DNA of 64,000 bases from Utricularia gibba (taxonomy: Eukaryota > Plantae > Magnoliophyta): assembly GCA_002189035.1 (NCBI GenBank), contig CM007992.1, forward strand, positions 248,001-312,000. The letters run 5' to 3'. Position numbers and translations under genes: made by a program. Below, in pieces: positions 40,081 to 51,503 of the stretch. Each line of letters starts with the position of its first letter. Position 1 is the stretch's first letter. The notes under the pieces are model-generated. The model saw only the letters and a program-made list of their open reading frames with translations, made no database searches and was not told the origin of the DNA.

Positions 40081-40185
40081 GTCGGTGGTCGGTGGAGGCC
40101 GTTGTGCCTTGACTTCCAGGCCAATTTCCAACGCACCGGACAGAACCGACAGCACGGCACGCCTCTCCGCTCTGGTGAAGCCGAC
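40081..40185. promoter_or_regulatory. Cluster of four DRE/CRT elements (RCCGAC) upstream of the DREB-A5 gene
   Basis: GTCGGT at 40081 and 40088, ACCGAC at 40145, GCCGAC at 40180; TATA-like CTATATAG at ~39850. Confidence 0.6.
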
Positions 40186-40668
40186 CCCGGCCGGCCCATC
40201 CCCCCAACCTAATACATCAAATATTAAGAATTACCAAAAGGATATAAAATATAGCGCCGGCCGGCCGGCAATCACTGCAACCTGTACTTGACTGCCGTCA
40301 AAGAAGGAAAAGGATTCTATCAGTCATAACCTCCACACTAATGACGCCATTTACTACAAGACACAAGTCAGCATCCTCTACGAGGTTACATGAGACCTAA
40401 TCTGAATTTGTGCCACCAGTTTGTGTCAATGATAAACAGACAGTAATGAGCAGTTACAAATGTATGTGCCAGCAAATAGAAGTGTAATTATTACTGGGCT
40501 GGGAGCTGTCTGGTGCAGGTTCGTTGAGAGTAAGCAAGAGTAGTAACACTTAATTACCAACGGGGAAGGGAGGGTGAAGAACCTAAGGAAGCCGTGTTTT
40601 TTTCACATGAGGGAGACAACAGCTAGTTATTTCTACTACCCTAGAGAGAGAGATAGATAAGGGGTGAT

Positions 40669-42201
40669 TCAGATGAGTGGGGGATACTGCTTGGCCTGCT
40701 GCTGAACCCTCTTCTTGTATTCTGCAGGATCCTGCATTCCGGTCAACAATAGATTGATTAACCTCTAACACTCAAACCCTTGTATAATTCAATCTTCTTC
40801 AGTAAAAAAATTGCCGATGAAAAATCAATAGAGCAACCACAGATCTGAGTTTGTTTATGTTACGAGGAAATCAGAGTACCTGGATGAACATGTGATAGCC
40901 ATCGGTTTGGGCAGGATCGGAAGGGTTAGGCTGATCCAGTAGATCCTGTATGCCAACCAATATTTGCTTCACCGTAATGGCTGGTCTCCAACCCTGGCAA
41001 TTTGGACAACGGGCAATTCATTGTTCACTTCAGTGCAAAGAAAATGAGGGAGAAAGGCGCAAAATGCATTTCACAAGGTTGAGTTTATCAGAAACAGAGA
41101 TCATGCTTACGCTGTCCTCATTGAGAATCGAGAGGCATACAGTTCCAGAAGGATACACATTCGGATGGAAGAAATTCGGTGGGAATTTGCACTTTGGTGG
41201 CTTGCTTGGATAATCTTCACTGAAGTGCATTGTAAGTGGATAAAAACCACCTTCCCAATCAGTCTGAAAAGGCATGATTGGAGAGCATTTAGGCTGTAGA
41301 ATCATTAAGAGATGTTCGTGACTCAAATATACCAGAAAGTGTAATGGCCACAAAAATCAAGATGGGAGACAAACACCAAGAAAAACTAGAAGCTATCCAT
41401 CACAAGTATCAGCTAATAATATAAGCCACGTTCTCCAAAACAAGCAATAATAGGCGTCCATGAGAAGATAGGATGTTTTATCTTCAAGATTAAACATGCA
41501 GCGAGCCCGTGGAACTTGATCAAGAGTTACCCCTTAGGTTAAAAGCGACTACTAAATGCCTTATCGACTTGCCTGACTTTAGCCCCAGATACAGCTTATA
41601 AGTTATCCAATAAACTAATCATGTAATGCCACTGCCATAACAACTTAGAAACAAACCGAGACTAAACGTAGGAGGTGGGGCAAGAAGCCAAGCGATATGT
41701 GTAACTAAAAGAGCAAGGCATTTTCCATAGTTGTAAAAACAGGATAGAAAAAAATCTATGCCATAGGGCTTAAAATGAAAGAAATTATCACAAGTACAGC
41801 ACTTTAAAACGCGCAAGGTCTCATTCGGGATCAAATCAGTGGCATTAATCAGAAAAGAAAGTACCCACTAATTTTACTGGCTTCACAGCACAAAAGAAAA
41901 GAAAAAGCACGGTCAAATTTAGGAACTCACCCCAACCTTCCCAGGAATTGTGCAATGCCACACCATCAAGTTCACAGAGCCATCAGCAAGAGTTTCAGGC
42001 TTCGCCACAAAACCCTAAGATAATGAAAAAAACGCATAATTTATATCCAAATATCCCTCATTCGATACAAAGATACACCAAAACAACACAGAAGTAACGA
42101 TTAACAAAAAACAAAAGAATTTTAAATCCAACATGCGGATGATTCTTCCGCCATGACTTCCGCTCTTCAGCTAGCCTTCCGCGTGCAATTCCTCCAGACA
42201 T
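40669..42201 (-). CDS. SCE1: SUMO-conjugating enzyme SCE1/UBC9, 5 exons
   Basis: [23 protein letters not shown]|GFVAKP...[19 protein letters not shown]|[19 protein letters not shown]...KQYPPLI*. Confidence 0.96.
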
Positions 42202-42738
42202 TTGGAAGCAATCGAAAAGACACCTTCGCTACAGAACCCAAACGCTTCGTTTTCCACTGGAAGACGAAATAGGAGAAGCGCATCCAGGAAAGCGCCACAT
42301 AGTAAGCATTTATACTAAAAAAAAAATACTGCGTCAAAACAACGCTACGCTTTACGTTGAGAAAATAACTATTTAAAAATTAGCAGCGAAATTCCCAATA
42401 TCGACAGCCCATGTGTTGGTGGCCCAAAAAATACGGCCCATCCATATATCGGGCCTTTGGTCCAGTGACTCATCCTAAAATAGAAAATTTAAATTAACTC
42501 CCAATAATGCCCTTCCTATATATATATATCTCTTTCGCCACCCAATCAATTCGTTGAGTTTTACGCGAAGGGTTGCTTCGGGAGTGGCAAAAGCGACATT
42601 GTGCTTGTTTTAGTTACGGAGTCGCTGCTCCGTTGAAAATACACTATTACGTGGTTGGGCGAAAACGACGTCGTCCCTGCCGAGTATCAACCTTAAGACT
42701 TGCACCGGCTCGCCTGCTTCGTCTTCAGCAGTCGGAAA

Positions 42739-43668
42739 ATGAAGAACAATCTGAGCAACAGCACAAAGCTCATTCTCCTCCATCCGTACGTACACAAGCA
42801 GGGGAGCTCCAATCGTCTGTGGCTTCTGGCGTTCGTTTCCTTCCTCACACTCGCCTTTCTCCTCACTCTCGTCTACACCCGCCGCGACTCCATTTCCAGT
42901 TCCACCGCGAAATCCGCCGCCGCAGCGATGCCCCTTGTCACCGCCGCTCCTTCTTCAACTCCCGGGGCAGTCTCCAGAGCGCTGATATACTACGCCTCAA
43001 ACTCCAACAGCTCCGATAAAATGTCCCACACCGATATCAAACAGATCGCCGATGTTCTGGAACAATGCTCCCCCAAGCCTTGCAATTTCCTGATTTTCGG
43101 CCTTACCCACGAAACCCTTCTATGGAAGGCCCTCAACCACGCCGGCCGCACAGTGTTCATCGACGAGAATGGGTACTACGCCGCGTACATGGAAGAGAAG
43201 TACCCTGAAATCGAAGCCTACGATGTTCATTACGCCACGAGATTGAGCGAGATGCGGGAGCTGGTGGCGGCGGTGAAGGAGCAGGCGAAGAACGAGTGCC
43301 GCCCCGTTCAGAACCTCCTCTTCTCCGAATGCAAACTGGGGCTGAACGACTTGCCCAACCAGCTCTACGAAATGGACTGGGACGTGATCCTGGTGGATGG
43401 CCCTCGAGGGTATTGGCCGGATGCGCCGGGGAGAATGGCGGCCATCTTCACCGCCGGCGTGCTCGCCCGCAGCAAAAAGGGAGGGCATCCCAAAACTCAT
43501 GTGTTCGTGCACGACTTCAACATGAAAGAGGACCGGACGGTGTGCGAAGAGTTCCTGTGCAGAGAGAATTTGGTGAAGTCGAAGGATATGATGGGGCACT
43601 TTCTCATCCCGACAATGGATTCCGCCAGCACCCAGTTTTGCCGCCTCACGCCCACGCAAGCAAACTAA
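42739..43668 (+). CDS. IRX15: IRX15/IRX15-like (DUF579) xylan biosynthesis protein, intronless
   Basis: KLILLHPY..KQGSSNRLWLLAFVSF, CNFLIFGLTHETLLW, WDVILVDGPRGY and APGRMAAIFTAGVLARS. Confidence 0.95.
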   Translation: MKNNLSNSTKLILLHPYVHKQGSSNRLWLLAFVSFLTLAFLLTLVYTRRDSISSSTAKSAAAAMPLVTAAPSSTPGAVSRALIYYASNSNSSDKMSHTDIKQIADVLEQCSPKPCNFLIFGLTHETLLWKALNHAGRTVFIDENGYYAAYMEEKYPEIEAYDVHYATRLSEMRELVAAVKEQAKNECRPVQNLLFSECKLGLNDLPNQLYEMDWDVILVDGPRGYWPDAPGRMAAIFTAGVLARSKKGGHPKTHVFVHDFNMKEDRTVCEEFLCRENLVKSKDMMGHFLIPTMDSASTQFCRLTPTQAN

Positions 43669-44531
43669 CCACCAACCATCCCCTAAACCCTGTTTTTTTC
43701 TTACAAAAATTTTATTCTAAGGAATCTCGAGCATTTAATTCTATGGTAATATAATAATGTAAATTATGATATACATTATTTAAGTTTTTAAATTTAATTT
43801 AAGATAATTATATATAATTATTTAGTGAGTAATTTTGATGTAGACATGGAAATGATCACTAGCAATCAATTTAAGCTGACCTTATGTGAAAATGAAAAAT
43901 ATAATGAACTTGGGCTTGGGCTTGGGCTTTGTTGAATGGTCCCATCCGGTTTAGGGAAAGCAAAGTGGGTCCCACCGTCAGATTGTCACTCTATATTGGA
44001 GTTTTCGTTTGAGTCGGTGGTTATTCATTTCAAGGATTTCGGATTTACGAAGTGGTTTCCGTCTCCATTCACTGGCCTTGTTGCTTCGCCGGTGGCGTGG
44101 CGTCAACAGTTGTTAGCATCGCCAGCTTTTGATTCAGCTCTTTGTATTGGAGAATATCCAGGTTCATTTTCGGATTAATTGGGATTTATTTTTGCCCTAA
44201 TTGGTTCGATCTGCGATCGTGGCGCTGCTTTGACTGTGGATCTTATTTGTATTTAAGCATGTATGCTAACCTCTTGTTTGGGGTTCTTGCTATTTCTTTT
44301 TCGGTGAAGGTTTAGATACATGTGCTGATGGCTACTACAGAGATCAGTTTTTTTTTTTTTTTTTTGAGTTGTTAATTTTAACTCTGCCGTACTAGGAAGA
44401 GTACTACCATCCCTTAGTGTCTAGATTCCTTGTTGACTCTCATGTTATAGTCATCTTGTTTTCAAATATATGTTGTTTTTCTAACGGAGATTTTTACGTC
44501 GGTTTTCAGATTGTTTGATTAAGTGGTCTTA

Positions 44532-46682
44532 ATGGGGAAGAAGAAGTCAGATGAGACTACTGTTAGTACCAAGGCTAACCAGACTGCAAAAGAAAAGGTA
44601 TCGGTGTCTGCCCTTCTAGCAAGCCTGGATGCAAATCCGGACAAGTCAAAGAAAGGACCATCCAGTAAGCCTAAGAAGAAAGTTGCCCCTAAGCTTGCCT
44701 CATATACGGATGGAATAGACCTGCCCTCATCTGATGAAGATGAGAATGCTGTGCTTGATTCTGATGAAGAGAGAAAGCAGAAGCTTCGACAGGATAAAAG
44801 TGCTTCAAGGGGGTTGGATGTCACCGTGAGTGACAAAGAGTTGAGGAAGCGGGAAAAGAAGGACATGATAGCCACTCACGCGGCAGAACTTGCTAAACAG
44901 GAAGCTGTCAAGGATGATCAGGATGCTTTTACTGTTGTGATAGGAAGCCGGGCCTCAGTTCTTGATGGAGAACATGATGCTGATGCAAATGTGAAAGATG
45001 TTACAGTAGATAACTTTTCAGTTTCTGCTCGTGGTAAAGAATTATTGAAAAACGCATCTGTGAAGATATCTCATGGTAAGAGATATGGACTCGTTGGACC
45101 GAATGGAAAGGGCAAGTCAACATTATTAAAGCTTCTGGCCTGGAGGAAGATACCCGTGCCTAAGAATATTGATGTGCTGTTGGTCGAACAAGAGATTGTT
45201 GGTGATGATAGAACAGCCTTGGAAGCTGTTGTTTCTGCCAATGAAGAACTTGTTAAGCTCCGAAAAGAAGTTGCAGCTTTGCAAGATTTGTCAACTGAAC
45301 CTGATGGTTCTAACAATGATGGTGATGACATGGACGATGTGGGAGAAAAGCTCTCAGAACTGTATGAAAAATTGCAGCTGATAGGTTCAGATGCTGCGGA
45401 AGCTCAGGCATCAAAGATTCTTGCTGGGTTGGGCTTTACAAAAGATATGCAGGGTCGTCCAACAAAGTCCTTTAGTGGAGGCTGGAGGATGAGAATTTCT
45501 TTAGCCAGAGCACTATTTATTCAGCCAACATTGTTGCTACTGGATGAACCAACCAATCATCTCGACCTTCGGGCTGTTTTGTGGTTAGAGGAATACTTGT
45601 GCCGTTGGAAGAAGACCCTCGTTGTTGTTTCTCACGACAGGGATTTCCTTAACACCGTCTGCACAGATATCATCCACCTACATGATTTTAAGCTATACTT
45701 TTATCGTGGGAATTTCAATGAGTTTGAGAGTGGCTATGAGCAGCGCCGGAAAGAGATGAACAAGAGGTTTGAGATTTATGATAAGCAGGTAAAGGCAGCA
45801 AAGAGATCCGGAAGCCGTGCCCAGCAAGAAAAAGTAAAGGACCGTGCCAAATTCGTGGCTGCCAAGGAAGCTTCGAAGAGCAAGGGTAAGGGGAAGGTTG
45901 ATGAGGATGAGCCTGTAGCTGAGGCTCCACAGAAATGGAGAGATTATACAGTGGAGTTTCATTTCCCTGAACCCACCGAGCTAACGCCACCTCTGCTGCA
46001 GCTGATCGAGGTTAGCTTCTGTTACCCCAATCGCCCCGACTTCAAGCTCTCGAATGTGGATGTGGGCATTGACATGGGAACTCGTGTGGCGATCATTGGG
46101 CCAAATGGTGCTGGAAAATCCACCCTGCTCAACCTTCTTGCCGGAGATCTGGTCCCTACTGAGGGCGAAGTTAGGAGAAGCCAGAAGCTGAGAATTGGTA
46201 GATACTCTCAGCATTTCGTGGACCTACTAACGATGGACGAAACCCCTGTTCAGTATCTCCTCCGCCTGCACCCAGACCAAGAAGGCCTGAGCAAGCAGGA
46301 AGCGGTTCGTGCGAAACTCGGCAAGTTCGGTCTCCCCAGCCACAACCACCTAACCCCGATCGCCAAACTCTCCGGGGGCCAGAAAGCCCGCGTGGTGTTC
46401 ACCTCCATATCCATGTCAAAGCCCCACATCCTGCTCCTGGACGAACCAACCAATCACCTGGACATGCAGAGCATCGACGCCCTGGCGGATGCTCTGGATG
46501 AGTTCACCGGCGGCGTCGTCCTGGTGAGCCACGACTCCAGGCTCATATCCCGCGTGTGCGACGATGAGGAGAAGAGCGAGATCTGGGTGGTGGACATGGG
46601 GACCGTGGAAACCTTCCCCGGAACATTTGAGGAGTACAAGGAAGAGCTGATGAAGGAAATCAGAGCTGAGGTGGACGACTGA
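44532..46682 (+). CDS. ABCF4: ABC transporter F family member 4 (soluble, two ABC domains), intronless CDS
   Basis: MGKKKSDE start; two Walker A motifs (GPNGKGKST, GPNGAGKST), FSGGWRMR, LSGGQKAR and two LLDEPTNHLD; no transmembrane domain. Confidence 0.96.
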   Translation: MGKKKSDETTVSTKANQTAKEKVSVSALLASLDANPDKSKKGPSSKPKKKVAPKLASYTDGIDLPSSDEDENAVLDSDEERKQKLRQDKSASRGLDVTVSDKELRKREKKDMIATHAAELAKQEAVKDDQDAFTVVIGSRASVLDGEHDADANVKDVTVDNFSVSARGKELLKNASVKISHGKRYGLVGPNGKGKSTLLKLLAWRKIPVPKNIDVLLVEQEIVGDDRTALEAVVSANEELVKLRKEVAALQDLSTEPDGSNNDGDDMDDVGEKLSELYEKLQLIGSDAAEAQASKILAGLGFTKDMQGRPTKSFSGGWRMRISLARALFIQPTLLLLDEPTNHLDLRAVLWLEEYLCRWKKTLVVVSHDRDFLNTVCTDIIHLHDFKLYFYRGNFNEFESGYEQRRKEMNKRFEIYDKQVKAAKRSGSRAQQEKVKDRAKFVAAKEASKSKGKGKVDEDEPVAEAPQKWRDYTVEFHFPEPTELTPPLLQLIEVSFCYPNRPDFKLSNVDVGIDMGTRVAIIGPNGAGKSTLLNLLAGDLVPTEGEVRRSQKLRIGRYSQHFVDLLTMDETPVQYLLRLHPDQEGLSKQEAVRAKLGKFGLPSHNHLTPIAKLSGGQKARVVFTSISMSKPHILLLDEPTNHLDMQSIDALADALDEFTGGVVLVSHDSRLISRVCDDEEKSEIWVVDMGTVETFPGTFEEYKEELMKEIRAEVDD

Positions 46683-46859
46683 AGTGAACCATGGAAACCT
46701 TCCCCGGAACGTTTTCTTTTGCGCTGCCCATGAGAGATGATTTTGCCTCTTCGAAATTGTATTTTGTTTCTAAATTTTGGACGTTCTTAAATAAAAATCA
46801 AAATTTGAATTTGGCCCATGGGTTTTAGAAGAAATCCGACCCGACCGGACTTGTGCGAG

Positions 46860-47752
46860 TCAGGGGCCGGCGCCGGATGTTATGTGGCGAAGAAGAATCG
46901 GAACCACCACCTCCGGCGAACTCAACTGCGGCAAATGGCCGTCGGTGGACATCACCTCCACGATGGATTCGCCGCCGAGGTTCTGATGCAGATACTCGGA
47001 GACGACAACTGGGACGGCCAGGTCCTTTGCGCTTTGAATTATATGACACGGGACGGTGACGTATCCCAGCAGTGTCCGCGCGTCGCTGTAGAAAATCGTT
47101 CTGGCGACGCTCAGAGCTATATCCGGCCTCATATTGAACAGGGTTCTGCTAAATTCTTGAACAGCGACGGAGTCCATGTCTCCCCCAACGGCAAGCGGCG
47201 CGAACCCATCGCACCACGCTTTGTAATTCGATTTCATAGCTTCGAAAAGCTGCAGAAGGTCCGCTTCGTTGAATCCCCCATGGTAATCGGCGGAGTTCAG
47301 GTATCTGTTACGGCGGATTAATCAGTTTTTTTTTTTTTACTGTCGGCAGGGGTGACGGAAACAGCGAAATTGAACAAAACCCACCTCGGAGAAGCGGAAA
47401 TGGCGACGAGTTTCGAGAATAGATCTCTTCTCGCGATGGAAGCGATCATTCCGACTACGGCGGAAACAGAATGACCCACAAAGATACACGAATCGATGCC
47501 CAGCTCTTCCAAAATGGCGATTACATCGCAGGCGTACCCTTCAAGAGAAGCGTAGCGATCGAAGTCGAAGTAATCGGGGTTCGTGGTTCCTGCCCCCATG
47601 TTGTCAAACAAGATGACTCTGTAGCCTTCGACCAGATGAGGAACAAGGTGCTTCCACACAGATTGGTCCGTTCCAAATCCATGAGCGAGGACGACGAACT
47701 GCTCTCCAGACCCAAGAACACGAACATTGTGGGCTTCCACACAACTGGCCAT
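46860..47752 (-). CDS. KAI2: KARRIKIN INSENSITIVE 2 alpha/beta-hydrolase receptor, 2 exons, 270 aa
   Basis: [15 protein letters not shown] (Ser), SASPR|YLN (KAI2-type Tyr), KDLAVP (Asp) and GHLPQLS (His); intron 47384..47305. Confidence 0.96.
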
Positions 47753-48009
47753 CTCGCAGAAGGAAAACCTGCCGGAAAGGGCGGTGCTTTAAAACCTCTA
47801 TATAGGTAAAGTGACTTCACTTTCTAGAGGCATAGGTATTCGTTGAGATTTTATATGGCTGAAATTTGGCCACAGATAACTGTAGAAGAACACTTGAGAG
47901 ATTCAAACAACACCCGAAGTGCGCTGAAATACGCATCCAGACTGTAGATGCAGTAACTTTGCTGCGAGTCCCAGTTCCCAGATCAAGAAGATAAGCCACA
48001 GCAAGTAGC

Positions 48010-48260
48010 CACGTGATTCATCTACTGAAAGGCACAATTCGAACGTGCGACTTTGATTTCCAGCTATTATCAGCTGTTAGATTTTCGAAACCAGATTTCC
48101 CCGAGGGCCCGGTTTGTGATTCGCGAGTCCGATGAGAACGTTGGAGCTAGAGGCTCTTCGACGGCGGAATAGACAGTTTACCCACTTTGAATCAAAGATC
48201 AAAGCTGGTTCTTGATGACGTATAAATCATTATGCGATGTTATCAGAGTGAATCCACGTG
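48010..48260. promoter_or_regulatory. Two G-boxes (CCACGTGAT) upstream of KAI2
   Basis: CACGTG at 48010 and 48255; TATA-like CTATATAG at 47798. Consistent with known HY5 control of KAI2/HTL in Arabidopsis. Confidence 0.45.
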
Positions 48261-48361
48261 ATCAAGTTGTGATCTTGGGTTCTTATTAATCATCGCAAAA
48301 CAATGAAGTGCGGAGATGCAGAATGAGAGAGTTCCTCTTTCATTAATCTTTCTGTTAGAAA

Positions 48362-49074
48362 TCAAAGGATCGCGCTCCATTCAGGAACAGCCTTGGACAG
48401 AATCCCAATGTATGTCTCCATGGCCGCCTCCCTGGTAACGCTCCCTGGCATCTGCCAAGCATTCCTGTTTGACAAATCTTTTTGTCACAGTGATCAAGAA
48501 ACAAAATTTCGATATAACCAGCAGTTTCAAGAACAGGGCAAGGAGAGGATTCGGTGAATTACCAGTTCGAGAGAGCAGAAACATTTAAGAAAGTTGGCCG
48601 TGATTCCTGGCAAGGTCCTTGAAGAACGACTCTTTGAAGCCAACCTAACTGCTGTTTCACACCCCCGATTTGATCAGCATTGCTATGGGAATTTACGAAA
48701 ACAACTGCTTTACCAAATGTCTTCTCCAGTTCAGTCCTCTCGATCCCTTCCCAATCATTCTCAAGATACCCAGAAACAGAACATAAATCACTCGAGCCTA
48801 CAACCACCGGAATCCCACTCTCTCGAACTTCCGTTTCCTCCGTATCTAAAACTCTCGCGTAGCTTCCCGCTTCCTGGTGCTGCTGCCCATCGCTGGAATC
48901 AACATCACCTCCACTCTCGCACCCACCAGAATCAGATACTTGTTGGGCACTTTGTTCCCCATCAAGATAAGCTTTTCTTTCATCTTTCTGAGAAGAGTCA
49001 ATACTTTGGAGAATCAACGATACCAAAACCGACAAACCCACGATGAGTAACAGGAAAACCTCAAACGCACTCAT
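48362..49074 (-). CDS. ACBP3: Class III acyl-CoA-binding protein (ACBP3-like), 2 exons
   Basis: N-terminal hydrophobic segment, acidic linker, DWEGIERTELEKTF...GPC...W|NAWQ...EAAMETYI; intron 48562..48465. Confidence 0.85.
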
Positions 49075-49434
49075 GGTAGAAACACAGACGGCGGAATGCG
49101 GAAAATGGAGAAGAGAAGAGACGAGGAAAACTTGTTCCTTAAAAAGAGTTCCATCGGATGACGGGTCTCTCTTCGGATTAGGCGGAGCGGACCCCAGTAG
49201 ACAAGCTGGGACCCATTTCCACGTCATGAATCGTGAAGCATGAAAATCCCCATCCATTATTATATAATAATAAAAATAAAGATTAAATCTGCATCTAAAT
49301 TAAAGAATATTAAAATATGAGAAAAATAATTTTTTTTTGTAGGGTTCTTTTGGGAGGAAGGTTGTCGCTTTCAGCATCCTACGCCTGGATAGAAGGGGAA
49401 GAAGAAAGGTGTCTTGTCGATCAGCAGCTCCCGA

Positions 49435-51503
49435 CTACGTTGTCAGCTGCAGTTTCCTCTGCATTTGCTTTGTGATCTGCCCTGCTGCGTTGATCATCTC
49501 CTTGGCGTCTTCTGCGCTGGTAGAAGCTGGACTGTCGGAGGTATCGGAGCCGCTATGCTCACCACCTGTTCGCTCTTTGTTCGACCAGAGTCGAGCGAAG
49601 ATCTTCTTCTTCTTCCGGGAAGCTTTGTCACCACTAGATGATCTGGAGTCGTTTGTGGCTCTGTCCTGTCTCTGATGTTTCAGCTCATCGGATGCTTGGT
49701 CAACATCCCATTCCTCGTCGGAGTTGGTGGTTGCAGACCTTGAGCTCCCGTAAGAGCCTCGTGGGGGTAGGCCTGGAAAGCTGGGAGGCTGGGAACCGTT
49801 TGCTGCGGATGATTGTGCTTGCTGGAAGAAGAGAACTTGGACAACTACACGCAGGGGGAGCCTGTCATTTTGGACAGCGTGCGCGCACGCTGCTGTAGAG
49901 AGCTTCCGGCAGTCCATCAACTGGCAGATCCTCCGTTTCTCGTTCTTTGACAAGTCAGGGTGTTCCTGCGTTTAAGAACAGAGCACAGTACATAACCGGC
50001 TAGCAGAAAATGGAAGAAAACCAACTCAAGATCTATGGATGGTATGCGATGCACACCTTCAAGTACATGTCGATGGCCCGGTAAATCGCATCATGGTTAG
50101 ATCTCGGAAACCCGGAAACCAGTTCAGCTAGATTGATGAACTGGGATGAAGATAACAGTGGATCACGGGCAGCTTCAGCTAGGTAGTCATCGACCAACCT
50201 AGCCACCTTGGTCTTGGAAGCATCACCTGACTCCGAGTCATTCAGTGATTCAGTCGGAGAACATGATTGGCCGACGAACATTTGAACCAGTTCATGCAAC
50301 ACATCCATGTTGTACAGTGCCATTTCACCGTTTGGAGAAGAAAACAGGAGATCAGAAACGGCTGCATCCTCAAGCTGCCGAGAGATACTCCGCATAAGCT
50401 CCTTTCTAGCCGTCCCCTTGCAGTCTAAAATGATTGATGAATGCAGTAAACTAAGCAGGAAACCACAGGGTACAGAGCCCTTCTCTTTGGGCAACAAGCT
50501 TGAGATTGTATCCACCAAGTGGCGTGATTTCTCAACATCGCCCCCTGGTATGGTTCCATGTCTTAAGCTGGGAAGCCTTCTCGAGGCATATGCCATCAAG
50601 GATTCCCCGAAGACATCAGGACTAAGTGTCCCTGCAGTTCGTATGGCTGTGATAACTTCCTTGTACAGCTCAACTGGAAGTTCACAGAGGTCTTCCACCC
50701 ACCAGTCTTTTGGGACTATGTGTTGTTTAATAACACCATTCCATTGAGGATCATGCCCGATCTCAGACAGGAGCTTTTTGCGGTTATAAGTGTACGACCA
50801 GTCGACTTTGGAAGGCTCAGTAGTAGCTTTTGCAGCTATAGAATCTACACAACATCTGATGATCTTCAACTCCTCTGCCCATGGAAGAAAGGATCTGGTT
50901 GTTTGGAGGACAATTATGGAATCCTTCCAGCTCCTGAAGACACTGGAACTCAGAAACACATCAATCTTGTATACCAGATTTCCCTTCTCCACATTCTCAT
51001 ACATCCCCAGAAACTCAGCAGCGCACCGCGCTAATACCACATTATATGCATTGAGAGTCACCACCATGCTGTAGCAAAACTTGGCACATATCTCAAATGC
51101 TGCAGGTCCACCAGGGATGCTACTCACGATGATCTCATCATGGCTTGATTCTGCAACAAGCTTCTGAAGAAGAGAGCACTTGGAGAGAAGAGGAAACTGC
51201 AGGTGAAAGCAATTCCTGTAAGTTAGCTGTAACATACATGAATTTTTCAGGCTGTAAACAAGCATTACCTTGTGGACATAAAACTTGACATCTCCAACAA
51301 TGATAGCAATATCGGATGCCAATTCCGTCGCAACATATCTGCGAAAACGCACAACGCAATTGACAAACAAAACCAGAAGCAAACTTCTTGTTCAAGAAGT
51401 GCACAAAAGAAAAGGAAAACACAAGCAGGGGTGAAACTTACCTGATGTTTTCCCCATCAGACTGGAACTGATCAGGCTTTGATCCAAGCTTCATAAACTT
51501 CAT
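49435..51503 (-). CDS. NPY: BTB/POZ-NPH3 protein of the NPY/MAB4 clade, 4 exons
   Basis: MKFMKLGSKPDQFQ, KFYVHK|FPLLSK, WWVEDL, HDAIYRAIDMYLK|EHP, HAVQNDRLPLRVVVQVLFF and SDTSDSP tail. Confidence 0.92.

Noticed and set aside
42573-43754. Overlapping 148-179 aa ORFs around IRX15 (similar ones over UGD, ABCF4, KAI2, RPL26)
   Set aside because: Shadow ORFs produced by GC-rich codon usage of the real genes.
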